This document shows, one piece after another, positions 1 through 7,404 of a stretch of DNA of 26,194 bases. This stretch comes from a virus (lineage: Duplodnaviria > Caudoviricetes). The stretch covers positions 1-26,194 of the IMG/VR virus record IMGVR_UViG_3300020384_000007; one strand, written 5' to 3'. Each line of letters begins with the position of its first letter. Position 1 is the stretch's first letter. The translations under genes and the position numbers were made by a program. Below the pieces are notes generated by a model that did no database searches, was not told the origin of the DNA, and was given only the letters and a program-made list of their open reading frames with translations.

Positions 1-120
1 GTATGCCCTTACAGCTTCATCAGGCAACTGCTCTGTTTCACGTTGTTTGACTTCAATTTCAAATTCTATTTCTGGCGGTGGATTGCCAACAAGGATTTTA
101 AAAAATTCTTTGTGGTTCAT
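1..120 (-). CDS. Partial small helical protein (continues past the window edge), weakly NblA-like
   Basis: Hand-translated: MNHKEFFKILVGNPPPEIEFEIEVKQRETEQLPDEAVRAY...; ATG lies 1 nt after the stop of the 122..286 ORF; open to base 1. Confidence 0.7.
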   Translation of the reverse strand, partial: MNHKEFFKILVGNPPPEIEFEIEVKQRETEQLPDEAVRAY

Positions 121-121
121 A

Positions 122-286
122 TCAGTTCATTTTAGGAAACAACTGTTGCTCCAACATATCAACAGCCCTGTCATCAAGCGTGTTGGTAGTTTGTTTGCAG
201 ATTGCTCTAAGCAGATCAACTACTAATCTTTTTACAGCAGTTGTGGTAAAGAACTTTAGTAGTATTGGTTTTAAGAGTTTGAGCAT
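122..286 (-). CDS. 54-aa conserved cyanopodovirus-type small amphipathic protein (possibly lysis-related)
   Basis: Hand-translated: MLKLLKPILLKFFTTTAVKRLVVDLLRAICKQTTNTLDDRAVDMLEQQLFPKMN. The KPIL...VVDLL...TxNTxDD pattern is recalled from cyanophage small proteins; a promoter lies just upstream. Confidence 0.8.
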   Translation of the reverse strand: MLKLLKPILLKFFTTTAVKRLVVDLLRAICKQTTNTLDDRAVDMLEQQLFPKMN

Positions 287-308
287 AATAATCTTGTGTT
301 ACTTTCCA

Positions 309-337
309 AACATAGCTACATTGCTAGTATTAGACAA
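309..337 (-). promoter_or_regulatory. Sigma70-type promoter TTGTCT-N17-TATGTT for the 122..286 ORF
   Basis: Minus strand: -35 at 332-337, -10 at 309-314, 17-nt spacer, intergenic. Confidence 0.55.
322..330 (+). promoter_or_regulatory. Extended -10 promoter (TG-C-TAGTAT) for the plus-strand cassette
   Basis: TGCTAGTAT 21 nt before ATG 352; the same 9-mer occurs intergenically at 23323-23331 (-). Confidence 0.55.
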
Positions 338-351
338 GAGTTTGCACTTCT

Positions 352-591
352 ATGGAAGAACAAGAACCTAGTAAAGTCGAAACCATTGTAAAAGTTTGCG
401 TACTTTTGTGGTCGGCAACGCTATTATCTCTCTCATATTATGAACCGCCATCTGGTAAAAAGATAGTAGATTTTGACCCTACATTTATTGCTTCAATTTT
501 TTCAGCTTCCACAGCTTCACTAGGTTTTTCCATAAAAAAGAAAAAAGATACTATAGTAGATAATAAGAACTCTAAAGTAGGCATCAAATGA
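352..591 (+). CDS. Small membrane protein with two hydrophobic segments and a basic C-tail (holin-like topology)
   Basis: IVKVCVLLWSATLLSLSYY and FIASIFSASTASLGFSI followed by KKKK; ATGA overlap with the next gene. Confidence 0.75.
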   Translation: MEEQEPSKVETIVKVCVLLWSATLLSLSYYEPPSGKKIVDFDPTFIASIFSASTASLGFSIKKKKDTIVDNKNSKVGIK

Positions 592-947
592 AAAAGCTAC
601 TCTTACTAGGTTTATTTATAGTTGCACCTTGTTACGCAAACGGAGTGCCAACGTGGACTACTGGTTCAAGTAACAGAACTGAAAACACTACACAAACTAT
701 AACTCGCAGCGTAGTCACAGAAAAATATGGGTCTACTATAAATACTTGGGAAGGTTCTAATATAAGTGTGGCTGCATCTGCTGGTATTTCTGGCGGTGAT
801 GCAGTATTTACAGTTGCAGATACTTCAAAAGATTGGTCATTAAATGTGACTTCAAGAGCATCAGGTTTAATGATTGAAAAGATCACACAGAATGACACGA
901 TCAACACTACTAGCGTTATCACTTCTTTGTCTGTCTTTAGTCAGTAA
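588..947 (+). CDS. Secreted Thr/Ser-rich beta-type protein
   Basis: Sec signal peptide MKKLLLLGLFIVAPCYA; alternating beta-strand pattern; ends LSVFSQ. Confidence 0.8.
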   Translation: MKKLLLLGLFIVAPCYANGVPTWTTGSSNRTENTTQTITRSVVTEKYGSTINTWEGSNISVAASAGISGGDAVFTVADTSKDWSLNVTSRASGLMIEKITQNDTINTTSVITSLSVFSQ

Positions 948-1422
948 TAAAGCTAGAGCCGAAGGCGATACAAACGTACAAGCTCAACCTAATGCTGTTG
1001 GTAATTCCAGTATTATCAACCAGAATATGAATGTTAATAATGGAATGACAGGTAAGCTACAGTTTGGAAACTTGATTTGTAGTCAACCTACTATGGCTGT
1101 AACTCCTTTCTATACAGGTAATGATGCACAGGGAGAAGATACATATAGCATCAATGAAGGTTGGGGAATCCAGATGTCATTCATGTTTCCACTAGGAACT
1201 AATAATGAAACGTGTTCTGAACTAGCAAAAGTAAAGCTAGACCTAGCCAAAGAAGAACTAGACAAGCAAGTGCATGATAAGCAGCTAGTTCGTATCTTGA
1301 AGTGTGGGCAGCTTCACGCAAGCGGTTACATGATAAATCCTAAGTCTAAGTTCGCATACATCTGTAGTGATGTAATCAATATACGAAGTTATGTAAAAGC
1401 CAACGCAGAAAAATTTAAGTAG
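892..1422 (+). CDS. Secreted or outer-membrane protein with an N/Q-rich N-terminus, beta-hairpin, coiled coil and four mature-region Cys
   Basis: ATG 892 gives signal peptide MTRSTLLALSLLCLSLVSNKARA (the ORF track starts at 874); overlaps the upstream gene by 56 nt. Confidence 0.75.
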   Translation: MTRSTLLALSLLCLSLVSNKARAEGDTNVQAQPNAVGNSSIINQNMNVNNGMTGKLQFGNLICSQPTMAVTPFYTGNDAQGEDTYSINEGWGIQMSFMFPLGTNNETCSELAKVKLDLAKEELDKQVHDKQLVRILKCGQLHASGYMINPKSKFAYICSDVINIRSYVKANAEKFK

Positions 1423-1475
1423 CTAGTTTAGACACCACATAAGTTACCCAGTACAGGTATGTGAACTCTAGCTAC
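1419..1475. terminator. Imperfect hairpin between convergent genes (possible bidirectional terminator or processing site)
   Basis: Arms GTAGCTAG/CTAGCTAC and CACATA/TATGTG; both TAG stop codons lie in the outer stem; no strong U-tract. Confidence 0.45.
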
Positions 1476-1962
1476 CTTTATTATTATCCATCTTTTCTTT
1501 CACATTTGCGACTTCTTTTTTCAAAACTTTAGTAAAGATTTTCTTAAATGTTTTTTTGATAAAAGCTAATACGCTTTGCATGGCAATCCCGCCCGCCACG
1601 CTCACAACGCTTGCAGTTCCAGCAGCGATCACAGAGGAAGCAATGACCTCTGGGGCGGGTATAGGCATTTCACCAAAAAAAGGTATATTAAATGTAGCTA
1701 TAGCTTCTTCAGTTGATAAAGTTTCTTTGGTGTTTGGCAGGTTTGTCGGTATTGTCTCTGGTGTTACTTCTAACGCTTCCTCCGTTGAAGATGATGTTTC
1801 TTCTTCAGCAGCAGATTCCTGACCTCCCAAACCCGACTCTACCTGTTCCAAACTTGGAAGAAGAACTGGATCTAGATATGGAATCTCTGCCACAGGTGGA
1901 TAGAATATTGTATTAGGCGGTACAAGAATATAATCTGTGTCAGGCAGATCTGGTATCTCCAC
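1468..1962 (-). CDS. Acidic Pro/Glu-rich protein with a C-terminal membrane anchor
   Basis: GTG start abuts the upstream stop; hydrophobic VIASSVIAAGTASVVSVAGGIAM followed by a Lys-rich amphipathic helix. Confidence 0.75.
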   Translation of the reverse strand: MEIPDLPDTDYILVPPNTIFYPPVAEIPYLDPVLLPSLEQVESGLGGQESAAEEETSSSTEEALEVTPETIPTNLPNTKETLSTEEAIATFNIPFFGEMPIPAPEVIASSVIAAGTASVVSVAGGIAMQSVLAFIKKTFKKIFTKVLKKEVANVKEKMDNNKGS

Positions 1963-3018
1963 TTAAGTTTTCATAATAAAACAAAGTGCATAGAAAGGAG
2001 GTACTATATCAGCAGTATGTGTGTGGTCAATTTTTTGAACCCCTAATTGGTATTGGTTAGCTGTTGTCCATATATATGCACCACCAGCAGAGTTACCTAT
2101 ACTTGTTGTAGTTGAGTTTGAACCACCTGTTTGTAATAATGATCCAGTTACATTGGTTTTTGCAGTACCGCTATCATCTTGTTTTGCACCAACTATAAAT
2201 TTATCTCTTAAATCTGGAGTACTATTATTTCCATCACATAATACCCACCCACTAGGAATAGATGCAACTGTACTATTCCACATAATAATCATGCCAGTTA
2301 CAAATGAAGATGGTATTGATATTGTTTCAAATGTAGGGTCTGCTCCGTTGTTTGCACGAAGAAACTTACCATCATTTGATGATGTGCCATGTTCTAGTTT
2401 GGCTAGAGTTACTTGTTGATCTAATATGTTTTCTGTTTGAATTGCGTTGTCAGCTATTTTTGCATTTGTTACTGCGTCATCAGCAATAGTTAATGAGGTA
2501 GAGCCAGTTACATCTCCTGTATGTGTAGCGTTGCTAGTCTTAGCTGTGTTTGCTGCTATAGCTGTGTTAATTGAGTTGGCTAACTTATCTGCTGTTACTG
2601 CATCATCAGCTAACTTAGCTTCTGTTATACTTCCATCTGTTACAGCACCAGCAATCTTTAATTGACCAGCCATACTGCTATGACTACTGCATTGGTAGTA
2701 CAAAAGATCAGGTGCATCATGCGGTACTGTAAATATTATTTCTGTACCACCTGCACCACCATTATTTGTTACTCCTGTGTTATAGGCATCATTAGTACCG
2801 CCATTAGCAATACTGGTTTTTATATAGAAGGGGTGTGCATTGGCACTATTTCTATTTTCAAAGATATAAGTATGACCTCTGCTAAGTGTTAATGTAGGGT
2901 CATTTACTGCACCTGTAAGACCTTTACCTGTGAATGTATAGTGATCTGTACCACTAGCACCTAAGACATATCTTAGGGTGTCTTCTATAAGTCTTGATGA
3001 AACTTGTGTTAAAGGCAT
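1963..3018 (-). CDS. Fibre-like protein: N-terminal cupredoxin-like domain, ADDAVT repeats, C-terminal tail-collar domain
   Basis: HPF...YYQCSSHSSM; AKLADDAVT repeats; collar signature GMIIMW...IPSGWVLCDG...PDLRDKFIVGA...PPFYALCFIMK. Confidence 0.8.
   Translation of the reverse strand: MPLTQVSSRLIEDTLRYVLGASGTDHYTFTGKGLTGAVNDPTLTLSRGHTYIFENRNSANAHPFYIKTSIANGGTNDAYNTGVTNNGGAGGTEIIFTVPHDAPDLLYYQCSSHSSMAGQLKIAGAVTDGSITEAKLADDAVTADKLANSINTAIAANTAKTSNATHTGDVTGSTSLTIADDAVTNAKIADNAIQTENILDQQVTLAKLEHGTSSNDGKFLRANNGADPTFETISIPSSFVTGMIIMWNSTVASIPSGWVLCDGNNSTPDLRDKFIVGAKQDDSGTAKTNVTGSLLQTGGSNSTTTSIGNSAGGAYIWTTANQYQLGVQKIDHTHTADIVPPFYALCFIMKT
2326..2409 (-). repeat. 28-aa module TLAKLEHGTSSNDGKFLRANNGADPTFE, copy 1 (copy 2 at 5627..5710)
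   Basis: Identical peptide in both translations. Confidence 0.95.
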
Positions 3019-3593
3019 TATGCTGCTACCTCCTCAACTGTAATGCTTGAAGCTGCTCTAACTCGATCATCTGAATCGCTAGTAGAATGTGGTCTATTAA
3101 GATAACAACCATCACTTGACCCACCAAACGTATGACACCATTGAACTTTATATGTCGTTGCTGATGTCGTAGATGGTGAATCTAAAAATATTGCTGTTTC
3201 AGATTGCATATCATATTTAGCATCATCAGTTAAACGAATACAACCCGTACCTCTGGTATTGCTACCATTAGCAGCACCTATATAAATTGGAGTGTTGTCT
3301 CTCATTAATCTGTAAGCAACACTTCTATTATCATTAACACTAAGACGCATATCAAGCATAACTAAAATTTTATTACTGCTTGAAGAAGGTGTAATTGATA
3401 CACTCATTCCAGATATATCTACAAAAGTATTAATAGAAGTTGTGCTTGTTGCAGTATCTTTAACTGTTTGTACAACTTGAAGAACTTTACCAACACCTCC
3501 GTTTGGAAATGAAGGTTTACCTGCACTATCTATTGTCATAGCATCACTAGATGCTGCGGTGCTTCTTATTGCGTTGGTAACTAATCTACTCAT
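3018..3593 (-). CDS. Tail-fibre tip / receptor-binding-like protein, paralogue 3
   Basis: GKVLQVVQ...SITPSSSSNKILV...LDSPSTTSATTYKVQ...EEVAA motifs shared with two neighbours; located downstream of the tail fibre. Confidence 0.65.
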   Translation of the reverse strand: MSRLVTNAIRSTAASSDAMTIDSAGKPSFPNGGVGKVLQVVQTVKDTATSTTSINTFVDISGMSVSITPSSSSNKILVMLDMRLSVNDNRSVAYRLMRDNTPIYIGAANGSNTRGTGCIRLTDDAKYDMQSETAIFLDSPSTTSATTYKVQWCHTFGGSSDGCYLNRPHSTSDSDDRVRAASSITVEEVAA

Positions 3594-3931
3594 GGTTTAG
3601 GATATTTGTCCTTAGTAGCTTTGATTGCAGTAGCCCAAGTGCCTGTTGTATCTAACTTACCAGCCAGCATATCTTTGTAAATCATATCTAACTGATCTCC
3701 TATCGTTGGATAAATAGCTATAAATGTACCATCAGCACCAGTTCTTTTTAACTTGTATGCTACAAGTGCTGCTGCGTCATCTAACGCTTTTCTAGCTGCT
3801 GCTATTTTTGCATCATCTAATTCAATTTTAGTGCCGTCTGCTGCAAAAGCACCAGCAGAATCATCTATAGAAACAACAGGTTTTGCTTCTGATTTGTAAG
3901 CTTCGTAAATAGCTTCGTGATCTAAGGCCAT
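3590..3931 (-). CDS. Putative tail-fibre assembly chaperone
   Basis: YPTIGDQLDMIY...IKATKDKYPKP C-terminal motif typical of small proteins next to marine phage fibre genes; AAGGA RBS. Confidence 0.6.
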   Translation of the reverse strand: MALDHEAIYEAYKSEAKPVVSIDDSAGAFAADGTKIELDDAKIAAARKALDDAAALVAYKLKRTGADGTFIAIYPTIGDQLDMIYKDMLAGKLDTTGTWATAIKATKDKYPKP

Positions 3932-3963
3932 AATAGTTTTTCCTTAATTATAATAGATAGCCA

Positions 3964-4524
3964 TTATGCTGCTACCTCCATAAGTGTTATTACAGACTCA
4001 GGCACATCTGTACCACCATTTCCACCTGCACCTATTCTTGCAGTATGATTTGTTGAATGACTTCTTAATTGAATTTTATATGTTACTGAAGATGTTGTAT
4101 TAGGTGTATCTAAAAGTTGATTTACAGTTGTTCCACCTGTGCCAGATTGTACTGGGTTTGTTTGATTATATCCAAATTCAAGATCTGTTGAGTCTCTTAC
4201 AAGTTTTGATACACAACCAAAATCTGCTCCATTACTTGCTAAATAAGCAGAATAAAAAACAAAGATTTTATTACTTGCTGAACTTGGTGTTATTGAAAGA
4301 GTCAAACCTGTAACATCTACAAAACTTTCACTTGTAGTTGTAAAAACATCAGTTTTTCTTACTGAAAGAAATTGTAGAATTTTACCTACAGACGAATTAG
4401 TAGTAAGGATAGTACCATCACCATCACTAGGTAACTTAAGAGTTCGATCAGATGCAGGGTTACTATCGGGTGCAGCTATTATTACACCATTACCACCGCT
4501 ATGTAATAATTTAATCTGGCTCAT
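3964..4524 (-). CDS. Tail-fibre tip / receptor-binding-like protein, paralogue 2
   Basis: GKILQ...SITPSSASNKIFV...LLDTPNTTSSVTYKIQ...MEVAA. Confidence 0.65.
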   Translation of the reverse strand: MSQIKLLHSGGNGVIIAAPDSNPASDRTLKLPSDGDGTILTTNSSVGKILQFLSVRKTDVFTTTSESFVDVTGLTLSITPSSASNKIFVFYSAYLASNGADFGCVSKLVRDSTDLEFGYNQTNPVQSGTGGTTVNQLLDTPNTTSSVTYKIQLRSHSTNHTARIGAGGNGGTDVPESVITLMEVAA

Positions 4525-5096
4525 GCTGCTATCTCCGTTAATATTATGCTTGATGCTCCTCTTTTTCTGTCATCACTATTGTCGGTAGCTTCTGTTCTAT
4601 TAATATAAATAGTGCTAGTACCACCGCTATCGTGACGTAATTCTAAACTATATTCTATAGCAGATGTTCCACCAGCCGTATCTAAATAATTAAAAACTAA
4701 AGTACCAAAATTATAATCATTGTGAGCATATGTACCAGTTGTCACTCTTTGCATATTACTGCCATCTTGATCTCCACGAAAAATAGGACTTCCATCTTTT
4801 AAAACTGTAAGATACATACCATGTGCATTTTGAGATAAGGCTACTGCAATAGTTGCTTGCACTAATATTTTATTACTTGCATTTGAAGGTGTTATCGAAC
4901 ATTTAGGAGCTGTAGGTTGCCAATAACCTCCACTCGCTACTGATTGACTTGCTCCATCAGTTTTAGTTGCTTGCACAACTTGAAGAGTTTTACCACCAAC
5001 ACCACTTGCTAAATCCGCAGCTTGTATTATTCCATCTGGCAAACCCCCTGCCGATATACCTGTTATTGTCCCTGACCCATTTAATACTATTGGCAT
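4521..5096 (-). CDS. Tail-fibre tip / receptor-binding-like protein, paralogue 1
   Basis: GKTLQVVQ...SITPSNASNKILV...YLDTAGGTSAIEY...TEIAA. Confidence 0.65.
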   Translation of the reverse strand: MPIVLNGSGTITGISAGGLPDGIIQAADLASGVGGKTLQVVQATKTDGASQSVASGGYWQPTAPKCSITPSNASNKILVQATIAVALSQNAHGMYLTVLKDGSPIFRGDQDGSNMQRVTTGTYAHNDYNFGTLVFNYLDTAGGTSAIEYSLELRHDSGGTSTIYINRTEATDNSDDRKRGASSIILTEIAA

Positions 5097-5107
5097 AATT
5101 TTACCCC

Positions 5108-7402
5108 CTAAACAATAACATAGCGTGAACCTGACGGAATGTTAACAGTTACATTATTAGCTATTGTGATAGGACCAGCACTAATTCCTGATTTGTTTGT
5201 ACCCATAGTGTAATTATTTGAAATTGTTTGCGAGTTTTCTGTAACGCAACCATCTGCTTTTTGTGATGAAACTCCTGTTAAAGCAGACCCATCAATAGCT
5301 GGCAATGCAGCAGGGAATCTAGCAGCAGGTATAGTACCAGCAGTTAAATTAGATGCACTTAAAGCAGTTAAATCTATAGTACCAAAACTTAATACACCAC
5401 TACCATTTGTTTTTAAAAATTGTCCATTAGAACCATCTTCTGGAAGTGTATATGCACTTGTTTTAGTTAAACTACTAGGTCCAGCAAAACTTATTTCGTG
5501 AATATTACTTGTATCAGTATCAAAAACTACTTTGTAATTAGAACTATTTATCTGTATTTCGTTTTCTGTAGAACATGAAACGCCTGTTGCTCCAGAAGGA
5601 AACTGAAGAGTTTGGTTATTAATACTTTCAAATGTTGGATCAGCACCATTATTAGCTCTTAAAAATTTGCCATCATTGCTAGATGTACCATGTTCTAATT
5701 TTGCAAGTGTTATAGCTTCATCTTGTATTTTTTGAGTAGATACAGAATTGTTTTGTAGGATTGCTGTTGTTACTGTGTTGTTACTCGGAGTTCCAATATT
5801 CACAGTAGAACCCATTACTACTGCGTGATAGCTTGCACCAGTAGCAGGTGCAGCAGCTAACTTAACTGTACTACCATCTAACGCAAAGCCTTCTGTTGGT
5901 GTAGATGTACCAGCATTAGGTTTTTGTACAACACCTTCTATTATTAGTAATACTTGTTGTGCATTTGTAGGTGCATCACTAAGAGTAAAATTTTGTGTGC
6001 TGCCATCAAATGCAGGGCTAAGTGTAGATATAAAGAAATTACCTATACTTTGTACTTCTTCCCAAGCAGCATTTGTGCCGTTATAAACAAGCATTTTACC
6101 TGTGCTTGTATTGAAGAATAAATCTCCGTTATCTAAGCTAGTCGTAGGGTTGCTAGATCCAACTCTATATCTATTAGCAAAGTCGTTTATATCTCCACTA
6201 AGACTTACAAGGTCATCTTCTTTAAGAGTTGCTTTGTGGTATGTATAGTTTTGACCAGCTCCAGTAGAAACAACAAGAAATCTAACACCTGCTGCAACAC
6301 TAGAACCACGAAAGTTTGTAGCAATACCAGATATATTTACTGTTGTACCACCTACTGTTTGACCAGATGCAGTTCCATCAGATGCTACTGCCATTCCACC
6401 TGCATCTGCAATACTTATAACTACACCTGATTGTGGTTGTGTATTAGGAAAAGAACTTTCATTTGCTATTGCTTCTAAACCACCAATAGGTGCTAACTGT
6501 GCAGCAACATAATCTACGATTGCACCACTTGTAGGAAACTTAGTATCGTCATCAGTTATAGTTGTTGCCTTCTGTAAACCATCTAACTGGTTAAGGTCTG
6601 CTATATCAGATGTAAGGGCTGTACTGTCAGCTAATTTAGAAGCTGTACCAGATTGCATAGTTGCCAGAGTTTTTAGCTCTGCATCTGCTAATTTTGCATT
6701 TGTAACAGCGTCATCTGCTATTTCACTTGTATCAACTGAGTTTGCTGCAAGGTGACTAGCATCAAGTGGACTGCCAGCTATAAGACTTTTTATTTCTGTT
6801 ATTGTTTGATCTGCGGTAGCACCTGCTTCTATACCATTTAATTTACTGTGGTCAGCATCAGTAAACACGTTGCTATCACTTGCTGCTTCTACTGCTGTTC
6901 TTATTTCTGCGTTTGTTTGATCGCCAGTTGCACCTGCTTCTATTCCATTTAATTTTGATAATAAAGCATCAGTAAATGCGTTTGTATTAGCATTATTTTC
7001 ATAAGCAGTTTTAATCTCTGCATCTGTTTGATCTGCTGTAGCACCTTCTTCAATACCACCTAATTTATCTGTAATCTCTTGTTGAGCAAATAATATTTGG
7101 TCACTATTATTATCAAGGTCTGTTTCTGTTAAAACACTACCATCAGCAAAATCTACTTTTTTTGTACTTATATTTGTATCTCTTTGAAATTTAATATTGT
7201 TTGTACCAGAAGGAGGAATATTACCAGAAGTAAAAGTAACTGACGAACCACTAATATTGTAGTGTGTGCCTAGTGTTTTAAGAACACCACCAACTGTAAC
7301 ATCAACTTCAGTATTTTCTAAGAAAGAAAAAGATATAGCAAAAGTGGCTGTACTACCATTTCCGTTATGGGTTTGTGACGTAGCTGTGGTGTTAGTAGCC
7401 AT
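5108..7402 (-). CDS. gp17: Tail fibre protein (T7 gp17-like N-terminal adaptor)
   Basis: N-terminal GNGSTATFAISFSFL...RDT...VDFADGSVLTETDLD...QE pattern of the T7 tail-fibre N-domain; follows gp16. Confidence 0.9.
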   Translation of the reverse strand: MATNTTATSQTHNGNGSTATFAISFSFLENTEVDVTVGGVLKTLGTHYNISGSSVTFTSGNIPPSGTNNIKFQRDTNISTKKVDFADGSVLTETDLDNNSDQILFAQQEITDKLGGIEEGATADQTDAEIKTAYENNANTNAFTDALLSKLNGIEAGATGDQTNAEIRTAVEAASDSNVFTDADHSKLNGIEAGATADQTITEIKSLIAGSPLDASHLAANSVDTSEIADDAVTNAKLADAELKTLATMQSGTASKLADSTALTSDIADLNQLDGLQKATTITDDDTKFPTSGAIVDYVAAQLAPIGGLEAIANESSFPNTQPQSGVVISIADAGGMAVASDGTASGQTVGGTTVNISGIATNFRGSSVAAGVRFLVVSTGAGQNYTYHKATLKEDDLVSLSGDINDFANRYRVGSSNPTTSLDNGDLFFNTSTGKMLVYNGTNAAWEEVQSIGNFFISTLSPAFDGSTQNFTLSDAPTNAQQVLLIIEGVVQKPNAGTSTPTEGFALDGSTVKLAAAPATGASYHAVVMGSTVNIGTPSNNTVTTAILQNNSVSTQKIQDEAITLAKLEHGTSSNDGKFLRANNGADPTFESINNQTLQFPSGATGVSCSTENEIQINSSNYKVVFDTDTSNIHEISFAGPSSLTKTSAYTLPEDGSNGQFLKTNGSGVLSFGTIDLTALSASNLTAGTIPAARFPAALPAIDGSALTGVSSQKADGCVTENSQTISNNYTMGTNKSGISAGPITIANNVTVNIPSGSRYVIV
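5627..5710 (-). repeat. 28-aa module, copy 2
   Basis: Identical peptide to 2326..2409. Confidence 0.95.
6788..7066 (-). repeat. About 2.5 tandem 37-aa repeats (KLxGIExGATxDQTxxEI...) in the tail fibre
   Basis: Units begin at K113, K150 and K187. Confidence 0.9.
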
Positions 7403-7404
7403 AG

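Noticed and set aside
323-1434. Near-direct repeat GCTAGT(A)TTAGACA flanking the plus-strand cassette (323-336 and 1422-1434), as insertion or inversion sites
   Set aside because: Short, gapped, direct rather than inverted, and no recombinase in the window; not distinguishable from chance by eye.
3018-5096. Diversity-generating retroelement acting on the fibre-tip paralogues
   Set aside because: No reverse transcriptase in the window and no ~100-bp repeat pair differing only at adenines; shared DNA is limited to 18 nt.
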